Shown one piece after another: positions 26,774-40,000 of a stretch of 64,000 bases of DNA. This DNA comes from Eledone cirrhosa. Its lineage: Eukaryota. The position numbers and the translations under genes are program-made. Below the pieces are notes generated by a model. It saw nothing but the letters and a program-made list of their open reading frames with translations. It was not told where the DNA came from and made no database searches. Numbering within the stretch: position 1 is the first letter of the stretch; the number at the start of each line of letters is the position of its first letter. The stretch is from the NCBI GenBank assembly GCA_964016885.1, contig OZ024744.1:43462001-43526000 (forward strand), in the 5' to 3' direction.

Positions 26774-29700
26774 CAGTGGTCGCCAACCTTTCTAAAACCG
26801 AGGAACCCTCTAAATATTTTGAATTCTTCACGGAACCTATACAATACAAAACCTTTCAAAAAAAATAATAAAGTATTTATTTATTTTAGTGTTTCATGCG
26901 TGTGTATGTAATCGAACACGATGGCTTTTCTGCTGCTGCGCCTCATCAGTGAGTTTAGAAAATCGAGGTTCAACACTAGTTAATGCCAGTCTCATACACT
27001 CGTCAATTGCCTACAGTTTATTCCTCTTCTTTGTGCAGATTTCCACCAACTGCGAAAACCCTTTTTCGCACAAATAGGAATAAAGTCAAATACTTCAATG
27101 TAAGTAGGCTGATTTCATTAAACTCCCCAATCAAGAATAAGTCGATCCATAGTTCTTTCTTTCTGCTTTCGAATATCACTTTCAGGTCTTCGTTTGAATT
27201 CAAATCCATCAACTGATGTAAGCATTGGGAAGGTAGTAAATTTTTACAATTTCCAGCGTCATTTTCTGACACTAACTGCTCGATCTCGGTGAACGGGTAT
27301 TTTATCCGTAAATTTCCGCTAACAATATCTTTTTCCATCAAAATAATCTGAAAAACCTGTGGAAAGCACATTTAAATGAGAAAGAATAATCTTCTTTAGA
27401 TTGCTGGAGTCAAAATTTTCTCTCTTTTTAAGCTCTATTTCAAGGTTTGAAAGTAATTGTCCGATTCAATTCTTTTTATAAAGATGTTTAATTTTGATTG
27501 AAAATATGTAATAAAATTGATTGAAGTAAAAATATCTGCATTGTTACCCTGAAGACACTTATTTAGTTTGTTCAGTTCACCAAAAATGTCTACTAAATAA
27601 GCGAGTTTCACATTCCATTCATTGGTTTCTAAACACTTGCTCTTTCATCATTCTGTTTTTTTAGAAAAACTATTATTTCTTCTCTCAGTTCAAAAACTCT
27701 CTTCATAGCATCCCCAAAAGACAGCCAACGCACATCATTGTTCAATAACAATCTATTATAATTACTTCCAGAAGATTCACAAATAGATTCAAACATTCTA
27801 GAATTTTTTGCTCTTGCATGGATCAAATTGATAATTTTGACAATGTCTTTCAGCTGGTCATTTAATATTTGAGCATCTCTGTCTTTGAATTTTTTTAACA
27901 CAAAACCTCTCGATAAATCATACAATGATTTGAAATACAATTTGGGGTTTGTTCTTTAATTTTTGCAATCAAACCAGAATTTTTACCAGTCATTGCAGCT
28001 GCTCCATCTGTTGTTATTGAAGTCAACTTGCTCCAAGATACACCATTTAAAAAAAAATACTCTTCAATTTTATTGAATATATCTTGACCTTTAGTTGTGA
28101 TGTCTAATGCCAGACAAAACAAATACTCTTCTACTAATTCTTTTTTATCAAGGTCTACAAACCGTACATAGCAAATTAATTGAGCCTTGTTATTAATATC
28201 CGTAGTTTCGTCCACTTGCAGTCCAAAACATGGGCTTTTCTTTAGTGCAGTTAGTATCTGATTTTCTATATCAGAAGAAATATCAATTATCCCTCTTTTT
28301 ACGGTATTTGCTGACAATGGTAACTGGCTTAATTTTTCTTTGTCCTTAATACTGCAGCTTTCAAAAAGATTCTCTGTAGCAATTTTTATACTTGGTAGAA
28401 TTAACTGTTCTCCTAATGTAAATGGTTTCTGGTTTTTACCAATCAAATGTGAAATCTCAAAAGATGTTCTTGTTAAAGCTTTATTTCTATCTGACCTTTT
28501 ACAAAACAAGTCATACATATTAGCTTGTGATTTTTTTATGTTGTTTTTCAGCGAAGTAAAGTATTCCAGTGACTTGTTTTTATCATTAGTGTGATTAGTA
28601 TCAATGTGTCTTTTAAGTTTTGCAGGATTTAAACAGCTATTTGATAGAACTTTTGAACAGAGAAAACACATGGGCTGATCTGGTGTATCTTTTTTAGTGT
28701 CAGCTTTTTGAAATCCATATCTAACATAATCATCACACCACTGTCTAACCTTACTGCTGGTATCTAACTTCAGCTTCTTTGCAGTAGACATCATATCAAT
28801 GTTATTTATCTACAGTTAACATTTTTAATATGACATTAATAAACAAGAGAAATTAACAGTTTTTTTAATTACAAAAAGTTCTTAAATTAACTTTAATTTT
28901 AGATATTTGGAAAAACTTAACTAGTTAAAAAAAATTTTAATTTTTAAAAATTGAAATTTCTCCATTTTAGGATGGCAAACATATTATTTAAAGTCTTATA
29001 ATAATATTAAAATATTAGGGGTTACTGAAAAAGGTGCAAATTTATGAACAACTAGAAGAAATGTTTTTCAGAGTCCAGCACTTCCTGCATATACTACTTT
29101 AGGGTCGTATTAAATATTATTGGTAATGTAAATATATTTCATCAAATGAATACATAATTGTGTGGCAAAGTTTATAGTGTATGCATGGAATACAAAATTA
29201 CCTTTGTTAGTAGTCAAAACTTTACAGGCGTTATATTTTCTGTGCAAAGTACAACAGAATATAACATGTTCTTATTTAGAATTGTCTGTGGAACTGGATG
29301 CATGTTGAAAACGACTAGTAAGCGAGTTCACTCAGTGAGGAAACGTTAGACGACGTTAAAGCTTTTGTGAGGGCAGCAGATTAAAACGTGTTCTCTATTG
29401 AAAACATTCTACTGAACTTACGTTGTGAGAACAGCGAACTGACCCTGCTTCTTGGCTGAGAGACCTCGCTGAACTGAAGTTTTCAGTTTAAAGTTATGCT
29501 GTCATCGACCAACATTTACTTGTTTGTGATTGGTCAATTTCTAAGTTCAATTAGTGTATTATCAGTAGTAGTCAAATTCTCGGAATTCAGAAAACTATGT
29601 CTTTCCAAGAATTGATGTGAAATTGAAAGTATTCAATTTCCACGAATCTCAGAACAGTGTTTTTCTGCTAATTCAAGTGAGAAACTGAAAGTAGTGTTTT

Positions 29701-29898
29701 CCACGAATTGGAGTGGAGAACCTATGTACACTACAATAGTACTTGTTCATTTATACATTGCACCTTTGGCATTTTCTTTGCACCTTTTTCAGAAAACCCA
29801 AATTATTAATGGTAATGTAAATATTTATTTTTTTAAGGAACCCGGAGTTTGTTTTACGGAACCCCAAGGTTCCGCGGAACCCATGTTGGCGACCACTG
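26774..29898 (-). mobile_element. hAT (Buster-type) DNA transposon, 3125 bp
   Basis: Perfect 14-bp TIR CAGTGGTCGCCAAC; 8-bp TSD CCTTACAG (26766-73 / 29899-906) with central TA; single site in the sister Tx1 copies (~48355, ~54644). Confidence 0.97.
26894..28794 (-). pseudogene. hAT transposase (BED zinc finger + DDE), frameshifted
   Basis: CFLCSKVLSN..LKRHIDTNH, LQVDETTDI, SITTDGAAAMTG, HCMIYRE (usual CxxH altered), VRWLS, C-terminal dimerisation remnants; split over ORFs 27895-28794, 27629-27940 and 27018-27371. Confidence 0.92.
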
Positions 29899-29934
29899 CC
29901 TTACAGAGCCGAGCCTCCGTCAACCATAGCATTC

Positions 29935-29991
<57 letters not shown>
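29935..29991. repeat. (AAT)n junction between Tx1 5' end and Dong-B 5' end
   Basis: Pure AAT run. Confidence 0.95.
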
Positions 29992-29993
<2 letters not shown>

Positions 29994-32900
29994 AGCGTGG
30001 TGATAATGCCACACAAGGGCCAAGTGGGATGGCGGATCCACAGATGGCTATGTAAACATACATTCGCCAATCCTCGATAAGAGTGTTTAAATATCGAACA
30101 TAAACAGTTCGAATAACGGTGAAATGGAGACTAGAACGTCATGTGACAGACTCTCACCCAACAGGTGCCCCCTGGCTCAGCAGCAGGAACCTGACTGTCA
30201 ACGAAATACTGCTGATGTTGGAGGAAGAAGAAGAAGGAAAGGGGCCAGAACCAACTGGACGAAAGAATTGAATAGAACTGTTATGCAATGCTACCTGAAA
30301 AGTAACCCCAAGGAGAGGGGCTACAGGAGACGGATGCATAACATCTGGAACGAGATTGGTTTATTTAAATTAGATGAACAAAAATTGGCCGGGCAGGCTC
30401 GGGTAATAAGAACTAATGGGTGGATAAGCGAGCTGGAACTGGAGGAACTGAGCAGAGAGAATGGCTTGGAGATGGCGGGTGTAGTATGCCAGACAAGCGA
30501 GCCGGCGGGAAATGAAGGTGAGGAGGTCCTGAGAGCGGAGGAACCACCCGAAGCAGACAATGATCTGAATACTGAGATAAATAATACCTGGAACAGAGAT
30601 ACGGCCACTGAGGAGATGAATGCTGACGGGCTAGGACAAGATTCGGTTGACATCCTAAATTTAGTGGTAGATGAGTTGAACAATGATAGTGGGAGACCTA
30701 TGAACCTAAGATTTGTAGACAGGAAAAAGTTAAAAGAAACAACAGCTAAGGTAAACAAAGTCATCCCATACCTTGAGGCGAGGAGTCTTCACCAGTGCAA
30801 CAATATCCTCAAAGCAACAGCAAATACGGTGAGGAAACTACTTGGTATAAAAGCGAGAGGAAACAACAGACAAGAAAGAGCAGAGCCGTGGTGGAAGAAG
30901 CGACTGAGTGGGCAAATCGGGGAAATGAGAAATGACATAGGAAAGCTTGAGTCACTACTGAATGGGACACTAAAAAACATAGGCACTAAAAATAGACTGG
31001 AAATAAAATACAAAACTAGGAGTAAAAAGCTAAATATTATCATAGAGGAATTGAAGCAACGCATTGTAGCAAAGAGTGCCAAAATCAGGCGATACGAGAA
31101 CAGAGTCAGTCAGTATAAACAGAACCGCATGTTCGACAACAACCAGAAGATGCTGTTTGGACAGCTTGAGGGGAAAGAAAGAGGCACCGACTTGATCCCT
31201 GGGGCGGAACAAGCTAAAACATTCTGGAGAGGAATATGGGAGCAGGATGTTAGACACAATGCCCAGGCAGGGTGGATTGAGACAGTACAGAGGGAGATCG
31301 GTGAGCAGGCACAGCAACAGACTGATTTGAGTATCACAGTTGAAACTCTTAAGGGGCAAGCCAAAAAACTAACCAACTGGAAATCACCAGGCCCAGATGG
31401 TGTGCAGGGGTATTGGATTAAACATTTAACATCCCTCCACCCGAAGCTGACGGCCATGTTCAATGACTGCTTGGTGTCGGGTGAGGTGCCAGAGTGGTTG
31501 ACAAAAGGTACCACAGTTCTGATAATGAAAGACCGAATCAAGGGTAATGATGTTACCAACTATAGACCTATCACATGTCTGCCCGTAATGTGGAAACTGT
31601 TGACGAGCATTGTGTCTGAGGAAATCTACCATCACCTCCACACAAACAACTTGTTGCCGGACGAACAGAAAGGATGCCGAAAGAAGTCACGTGGTACAAA
31701 GGACCAGTTGCTTATTGATAAGATGGTAATGGGGAATTGCAGGAGGAGACACACTGATCTTGCCATGGGATGGATAGACTACAGAAAGGCATTTGACATG
31801 GTGCCTCATTCCTGGATCACCAAAAGCCTGGAGATCTTCAGGGTGGCAGATAACATCAGACAGTTGCTGGGCAGGAGTATGGGGTCCTGGGAGACAGAGT
31901 TGACATCAACTGGAGTATCCTTGGGAAGCGTGAAGATCAAGAGAGGTATCTTCCAGGGAGATAGCCTGTCCCCTCTGTTGTTTGTCCTTGCCCTGATGCC
32001 CTTGACCATTATGCTGCGAAAAGTGAGAGCAGGATACAAGTTGGGAAGGGGAGAGCTTACCATCAATCACCTCCTCTTCATGGACGATCTTAAGCTCTTC
32101 GGGAAAAGTGAGAAGGAGTTGGATGTGCTTGTTGACACTGTCCGTATTTTCAGCAGTGATATATGTATGCAGTTTGGTATTGGTAAATGTGGAGTCATTG
32201 TGATGAGGAGGGGTAGGTTGAGCAGAAGTAACGGGATCCAGATACCAACAGGTGAGATGATAAAGGAAATTGACTCTGAGGAAGGATACAAGTATTTGGG
32301 CGTTCTGGAGGCTGATGGCATAAAGAACAAAAAAATGAAGGAATTGTTAAGAACTGAATACATTCGGAGAGTAAGGAGCGTATTGAAGTCACATCTGAAC
32401 AGCAGAAATGCCATAAGCGCAGTAAATTCCCGAGCTGTGTCTATTATTAGGTACAGTGCGGGAATTCTGAGATGGAATGTTGCTGAACAAAAAGAAATGG
32501 ATAGGAAGACTAGGAAGCTATTGACTATCTACAACATGTTCCACAAGAGGAGTGATGTCGATAGACTCTACCTAAGGAGATCTGAGGGTGGAAGAGGTCT
32601 TATCAGCATAGAGGACTGTGTTCAGATGGAGAAAAACAACCTATACAAATACGTGACCTATAGTAAGGAGCCAATGCTCAGAGCTGTACTGAAGGAGGGG
32701 ACAGTAGGCCAGGGGATACCCAAGGAGGAAATAACATCAAGGAGGAAGAGCAGCCTTAAGGGAAAATCCCTTCATAGTACCTTCTTTGAGAAAACTGAAT
32801 TTAGAGATCCACAGACATGGAACTGGTTGAGAAGAGGAGACCTCAAAAAGGCTACAGAAGGAATGCTAATGGCTGCGCAGGAGCAGGCCCTCAAAACGAA

Positions 32901-33590
32901 GTGGTTGAAGCACCATATCTACAAGGAGGAGGCTAGCCCACTGTGCAGGATCTGTGGAGAGAGAGAGGAGACTGTGGCTCACATTGTGTCCGAGTGTAAA
33001 CACCTAGCCCAGACCCACTATAAGGGCTGGAGACACGATGTGATGGGCAGGGTGATCCACTGGCACCTGTGCAAAGTAAACAATCTACCACATTCTGAGA
33101 AATGGTATGAGCATAGGCCAGAGGCGGTGATGGAGAACAATCAGGTGAAGGTGCTGTGGGATTTTAGGATACAGACGGACAAAAAACTGGAACACAATAG
33201 ACCTGACCTGGTGGTTGTGGACAAAGAAAAAAGATCGTGCCTGATTGTGGATGTGGCCTGCCCGTTCGACACGAGAGTGCAAGAGAAGGAGAGGGAGAAA
33301 ATTAACCGATACTAGGACCTAAAGTGGGAGGTGAAAAGGATTTGGAACTGCCATGAAGTCAAAGTGATCCCGATTGTCATAGGCGCACTGGGGACTATCT
33401 CCAAAGGTTTCCAGGGATGGTTAAAGAAAATCGGCCCCTTCACGCTTTTTGGAACGCTTCAAAAGGCATGCTTGCTTGGAACGGCAAGAACCCTCCGATA
33501 CGTCCTGAATATCTGAGGCTGCAGGTAGTGGCTTGATATTCAATCCAACGGACTTTCCAGTTAACCAACATCAATGACTGAGATTCAAGG
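29992..33590 (+). mobile_element. Full-length R4/Dong-type element, family B
   Basis: Flanked by (AAT)n on both sides; short 5' and 3' UTRs; single long ORF. Confidence 0.93.
30124..33516 (+). pseudogene. Dong-B polyprotein (N-terminal domain, RT, CCHC, RLE) with one premature TAG at 33313-33315
   Basis: 1063-aa ORF: YRPITCL, WIDYRKAFD, GIFQGDSLSP, FMDDLKL, CRICGEREETVAHIVSEC, RHD, RPDLVVVD..DVACP; continues in frame after the TAG (DLKWE...VIPIVIGALG...LRYVLNI*). Confidence 0.92.
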
Positions 33591-33626
33591 AATAACAATA
33601 ACAATAATAATAATAATAATAATAAC

Positions 33627-36600
33627 ATTGTAAGAAAAAAGTTACTAACTGATATAGAAATTGATCAGATCAAGCTATTAGCACAAAGTCAGCGAAGGGA
33701 AAATGAAACATGTGTCAGTGAAAACGAGGTAAACTGTAACACTTCGAATCCCAGAGTTGGGGCGGAATCACTGGCAACAGAACAAATTAAAGAAAGGATC
33801 GAAAAAGTGGAGGGAGTGCATGCTCAGGATGAAACTCCAAATGAAAATAATGAGATCGTAAATGATAAAGAAATGAATGAGAACGAACTTGCCAACTTGA
33901 AGGATGAAATTATGATCGAATGGATGAAAATGAAAGAATCTGACATGGGGCAACGTGACACCCTCCCTAAGATCCAGAACTCCAAACAGAACCAAAAGAT
34001 AATACACAAGACTAACATAATTCTCAAAAACATTATCATCACAAACAAACTAAACATTACTGATTTAAATCATCTCTATTATGCATCGGCTAAAGTCACC
34101 ACTCACTTATGTGGAGTGAAGATGAAAAAACAAAGGAATTCCCACAAGAAATCTACTTGGCAAGAGAACATCAATCGCCAAATAAACCTTCTCCGATCTG
34201 ACATAGAAATTTTAACAAACTATAAAGTAGGTGAACATGTTAAACAAACTAAACTTAGAAAATTGAAAAAAAAGTACAGTATAAAATCAACATGTGACAT
34301 AGACATGCTGATAGAAATAATCAAGCAAAAAGTGTCGGCCAAAGCTGCTCGTATAAGGCGCTTTGAAAAACGATCTAGATTCTATAAGGACAATAATATG
34401 TTCAAAACCAACCAAGAAACTTCTACAGAAAAATTGGTAAGTCAACAATAACTGCTAAATCAATACCACCCAAGGAGGAAGTGCAAGAATTCTGGGAAAA
34501 GATCTGGGCTGAAAAAAAAGTTCATAACATACATGCCCCATGGATAGACAGACAAATGAAAGATACAGCTCACCTTGAGGAGCAAACATGGGAAAATATA
34601 ACAGTTGAACAGTTGCGCTTGGCTCTAAGAAAAACCAGCAAATGGAAATCCCCAGGAAAAGACAAAATACAAAACTTTTGGATAAATGCCTTCACAGAGT
34701 CTCATGAGCTGTTAGCCCAACTTTACAATGAAATAGTTAAGGAGCCAGAAAAGATACCATCATGGCTAGTTAACGGCATTACATTCCTGCTTCCGAAGAA
34801 TGATGAGACAAACAATCCCCAAAATTACAGACCGATAACTTGCTTGACCACAATGTATAAAATTTTAACATCAGTCCTAACTGAATACACATATGACCAC
34901 CTGATAACAAATGACCTATTTCCCATTGAGCAGAAAGGGTGTAAACGAGGCTCATATGGCTGTAAGGATCAGCTTCTGGTTAACAAAATGATACTGGAAG
35001 ATTGTCATAATAGACACAAAAATCTATCGATTGCTTGGATAGATTATAAAAAAGCATTTGATAGTTTGCCACACAGTTGGATTGAAAAATGTTTAGAGAT
35101 TTTCAAAATATCCCCCGTTGTCAGGAGGTTTTTGTCATTCAGTATGAAGACATGGAAAACGACACTCCTTTTGAATAGTGAAACAAAATCACTGGAAGCT
35201 GGAGAAGTTAATATTAATTGTGGAATTTTTCAGGGTGACTCTTTATCACCGCTTTTATTCTGCATCGCACTTATACCATTAAGTAAAATGCTCAATGAAA
35301 CCAAACATGGATATAAAGTCTATGACAAAACCATTAATCACCTGTTCTACATGGATGACCTGAAACTATTTGCAAAAAATGATGAACAATTGCAAGGGCT
35401 ATTATCCATTGTGAAGCAGTTCAGTGATGACATTAAAATGGAGTTTGGACTAGATAAATGCGCCAAAGCAACGTTCACCAGAGGAAAGCTGCTGAAGAGT
35501 TCAGACATTAATCTTGATCGGGTGAACGTGATAAGAGAACTTGATCAAGAAAAAACTTACAAATATCTAGGTGTTTGTGAAGGAGACGGAATCAAGCACT
35601 CGACAATGAGGGAAAGGATAAGGAAGGAATGTTACCGCAGAGTAAGAGCAATCTTAAGAACGGAATTGAATGCAAGGAATAGGATCGATTCCATAAACAC
35701 GCTTGCCATACCAGTAGTAACCTACAGTTACAATGTCATCAACTGGTCAAGCACAGAGATCCGTAGGCTCGATACAAAAATTCGAAAATTCTTAACCATG
35801 CACAGAATGCATCACCCTAAGGCAGATATAGATAGAATATATCTCCCTAGGAAAGAAGGAGGACGTGGGTTAATCCAGTTAGACATTGCGTTGAAAACTG
35901 CAACAATTGGATTATCTACATATCTAAGGGAATCACATGATTGGATGATCAAACTCGTTTTGAAACACGAAAGCATCAAAAGATCATATTCCATTACAAA
36001 AGATGCACAAAGATACAGTAATGGACTACAAATTTCAGAAGTCCCATTTACTGCTGAAATGGAAAACACAGAAAAACAAAGCAGGTAAAAGTAACTGCAA
36101 AGAAAGAAACTGGCTAAGAAATGGCAAGAAAAGCCTCTGTATGGAAAATACCCAGAGCGAGCTAACAATCCTGATGTTGACAAAACTTTAATCCATCAGT
36201 GGTTGGCATCCTCTGGACTGAAATCGGAGACTGAAGGACTGATTATATCAGCACAAGATCAGTGTCTGCCAACAAAAAATTACCAAGCCAACATAATAAA
36301 AAAATGGATGCAGCCCATTATGCCGTGTATGCAAAAAACAACCAGAGACCATTGACCATATAATTTCAATGTGCAGTCCTATAGCTCCAACCGAATACCT
36401 AAACAGGCATGACAGAGCTGCACAATACATACATTGGATAATGTGTAAGCATTTTGACCTGCCCCATCAAAAGAATTGGTGGGAGCATCAACCACCTCCC
36501 ATACTTGAAAAAGATCACATCTCAATCTTGTGGAACTTTAGCATCCAAACAGACAGAAAAATAGATGCAAATAGACCTGATATAATATTGAAGGACTTTA

Positions 36601-37032
36601 CAAAGAGGGTATGCCTGCTAATTGATATGTCTGTTCCAATAGACAAGAATGTATCTATAAAAACAATTGAAAAATTGAGCAAGTATAATGACCTGGAGAT
36701 AGAAATTGGAAAAATGTGGAAATTGAGAACTAAAACAATACCAGTGGTTGTAGGCGCTCTGGGAATGATACCTAAGGGGTCTAATGATTACTTATCGCAG
36801 ATCCCAGGAAGCCCGCGTATAGGAGAAATACAAAAGATAGTACTAATGGGAACTGCCCATATACTAAGGAAGATTCTGTCAATATAAGTACATCACAAGT
36901 CTAAACAATAAAGATGCATGTGTGAGTATGTATGTTCTTTCTTGAACATGGCGGACCTTGTTGTCTCTTGAGGTCACTGGTTGTGACTTGGTGATAACTC
37001 GTATGAACATAAAGCAAGATAAATGCAACTGT
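33627..37032 (+). mobile_element. 5'-truncated R4/Dong family A copy 2 (frameshifted)
   Basis: Highly similar to 17035-20794 but without the solo LTR; ORF pieces 33807-34451, 34481-36088 and 36369-36887; (AAT)n on both sides. Confidence 0.93.
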
Positions 37033-37050
37033 AATAATAATAATAATAAT

Positions 37051-40000
37051 GATTTCATTTATTGGCCACAAGGGCCGACATATAGGGGACAATACAAAAG
37101 ACAGCGACAGTGGGGTTTTACAGAAAAATCGAGTAAACAATATGAATAAACAAAGTAACAATAACAAAGTAACAATAAAGTAACAAGAATATTACACCAA
37201 GAAAAAATTCCCCAATAGGGGGGATGACCACCTAGGGTTCGCTCAGGTACCCCACCAGTCCTGAACCACCCGATGCTTCGAGAGCACCCTGAAAGGGCAC
37301 CACTCTCCTCTTCAAATTTACCTACCTACAGCCGCATGACCAGAGTAGACCCACTCACACGGGCCATTCTCGCCACATTCACCCACCTTTCAGCAAATGT
37401 ACTGGGGGGCAGCACTTCTCTCTCCACCCTCACCTTCCTTTCCAAGTGAAACTTGTAAAAGTTGATGAGGGATTGGCCGAAGAGAAAAGTGTCTGTCTTC
37501 AATCCTTTCAACCTCGTCCACCATACAACCTCTTTCGCTACTGCCACCAGACAGGAAAATTGCCTGCTCTTCCTGGCCAAAAGAACAGGCGGGTCGATCT
37601 TCACTATGGACTCGGCAGATAACCAGATCCGTTCTACACGCGACAACAGCTGTTCAACATAACTCCACAAGTCAGTAATGCACGAACACTGGACGAGTGC
37701 GTGCAGAACGGTTTCGTTACTCTGCGCGCATCTCGAGCAGGTCTGACTGACAGCACTTCCGTGCCTGTAGAGTTTATCTCGAACCGCCAGTGCCCCCCGG
37801 TAGCACTGCCAACCGAGGGATTTTTGGAAATTATCCATCGTCCCCGGCTCGAAAGTCCTCCGGTGCAGACTGGTTAGTTCGACTTCGTTAACTCCCAGAG
37901 CCTCTCCGAGTGCGTCGTCGCACTTGCCCACCACTAATCCTCTATAGAACTCGAGCGTGGAAGTTCCACTGACCGCATTGCCGGCCTGGTAGAGGGCAGT
38001 GAGTGCCTGGCAACATTCCAGATGCCAGTCACCCAGTCTCGGTCTCTTCTTGACCCAGGACTGCAACTCAGTCAAAGAAACGAGCTGCGGAAAGGCCCGT
38101 CTGACAAACGGCGACCACACCTGTTCACCGTTTAGGCAGAATATCTGGAGATGCCGCATCCTCAGCGCGTGCCTGCGCATCATTAGCCACGGCATGCCCA
38201 GCCATCCACGTAGAGGGTGCTGGCAGCAGATGGACCGCCTCACCAGCGGAACCTGACCCCTCCACACGAATTTGAAGAGGAGCCGCTCCAAGATGACGAG
38301 GCGCGAACGGGGGCATGGTACGACAGTCAGACGGTAGTAGATGACGGACGTGATGTACGCGTTCGCCACCTCCGCCCGACCTTTCAGTGATAGCTTCATC
38401 CCAGCCCATTTCTGGGTGAGACTGACTACCCTGCCCGTCACCTCGTCCCAATTCTTATCCACCTGGAGGTCTGGCCCGAACCAAACCCCTAGAAACTTTA
38501 CCGGTCCGTCCGTCCAGCGCCTAACGACGCTGTTGGACGGTATGGACTTGCCTCTCCAGGTCCCGAGTTGCAAAGCTTCTGACTTTTCCGGGTTAAGTTT
38601 TGCTCCCGTCAACCTTTCATATTCCTCCAATAAGTTGCCGACCACCTCGATTTCTGAGGTGTCCGACACCATCACGGTGATGTCGTCCGCATAAGCCGAC
38701 ACAGCCTTTCCGCGTCCCGGTTCTAGCGGGATGCCCTGCAATAGCTCCAGCTTCCGCAGTAAAGGCTCGAGAGTCAATACGTACAGAAGGGAGGAGAGAG
38801 GGCACCCATGACGGACCCATCGGGAAACCTGAAACGGTTCCGAGAGGTGGCCATTAATTTTGACCATCGAGCAGGTGCCGCTGTGCATTGCAGCGATCCA
38901 GCTTCTGAAGACGGGGCCGAAGCCAGCCGCCTAGATGTCAGCCTCCAGGTACCGATGGTCGACCCTATCGAATGCTTTCGATTGATCTAAATTGATCAGA
39001 GCCCCACCGAAGCCAGGTTTACACCCTTCCCTCTCTATGATGTATCGCATTAGGTGGAGGCTGTCGTGTATTGACCTAGTTGGGATTGCGCAAGTTTGCG
39101 CCTCCCCAACCAAATCCCCGACGACAAGCGCCTCATCTAATTTCCTAACTAATTCTCCCTCTGCTCCATTTTTCTCTATTGCTAAAGTCTTACTAAACCT
39201 AATGGACTCTATTCTAATTGCTCTTTTCAGAGCAAACCACCACTTGTTGTTGACGATGGCACCCGTCAACGCCCGCTTAACTAGTTCGCTAATCCGGTCT
39301 CTGTAGGCCTTGCGCGCTGGTAAGGACGCGTTTAGCTTCCAGTAGCCGGGTCCTCGTCTATGAAGCCTATCTAAGTCAAGCACACAGATCACGAATTTGT
39401 GGTCCGTGTAGCTGACTATCTTGAATTGTGGACAGCCTATGCTAGACCTATCTATTTCCCTACAAAATACTCTATCTAGATATGATCTGGATGACCCTAT
39501 GCGATTTGTCGAAGTCCACATTGGTACATTCGGGAAATCCATTCGGTACCTGTCAGACAGTTCAAAACGTCTGAGCAGGTTGGTGAAACTCTTGAACCCT
39601 CCTTCCCTATCCACTAATCCCACACAATCCCAGCGTGCATCTAAGATCCCGTTCCAGTCGCCCACTAACACTAAAGAGCGGGACGTTCCAAGAAAGGTCT
39701 CCAGACGCCGGAAGAAATCAGGCCGCCCTGCTCCTGTCGGGGCATAGACGGCCACTAACCTGAAAGCTTGCCTGTCTCCGCTGGTCACGTCCAGCACCAC
39801 CAACTTACCTTCTGGGTCCAGGAAGATGGCCCGTATGGCAAGATCCAAACCTCTCCGAAAAAGCACAGCAACTCCTCCCCCCGATCCCGGACGGCTGGGA
39901 GATGCGTACACATCGTAGCCGCCGAAGATCGGTGCGAAAGCCTGTGCTTCGGAGATTCTGGTCTCGCTGATGGCCACTACATCTATGTTTAGTGACCTGA

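Larger units (their letters stand above)
20846..29934 (-). mobile_element. Full-length Tx1-type LINE, subfamily A copy 1 (defective; hAT inserted in 5'UTR)
   Basis: ORF1 ~26586-24540 (CFRCGSKTH knuckle, frameshifted); ORF2 ~24504-21083 (APE + RT YADD + CPRC..H..C; stops and frameshifts); 5' end GAATGCTATGG at 29934; both ends in (AAT)n. Confidence 0.92.
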
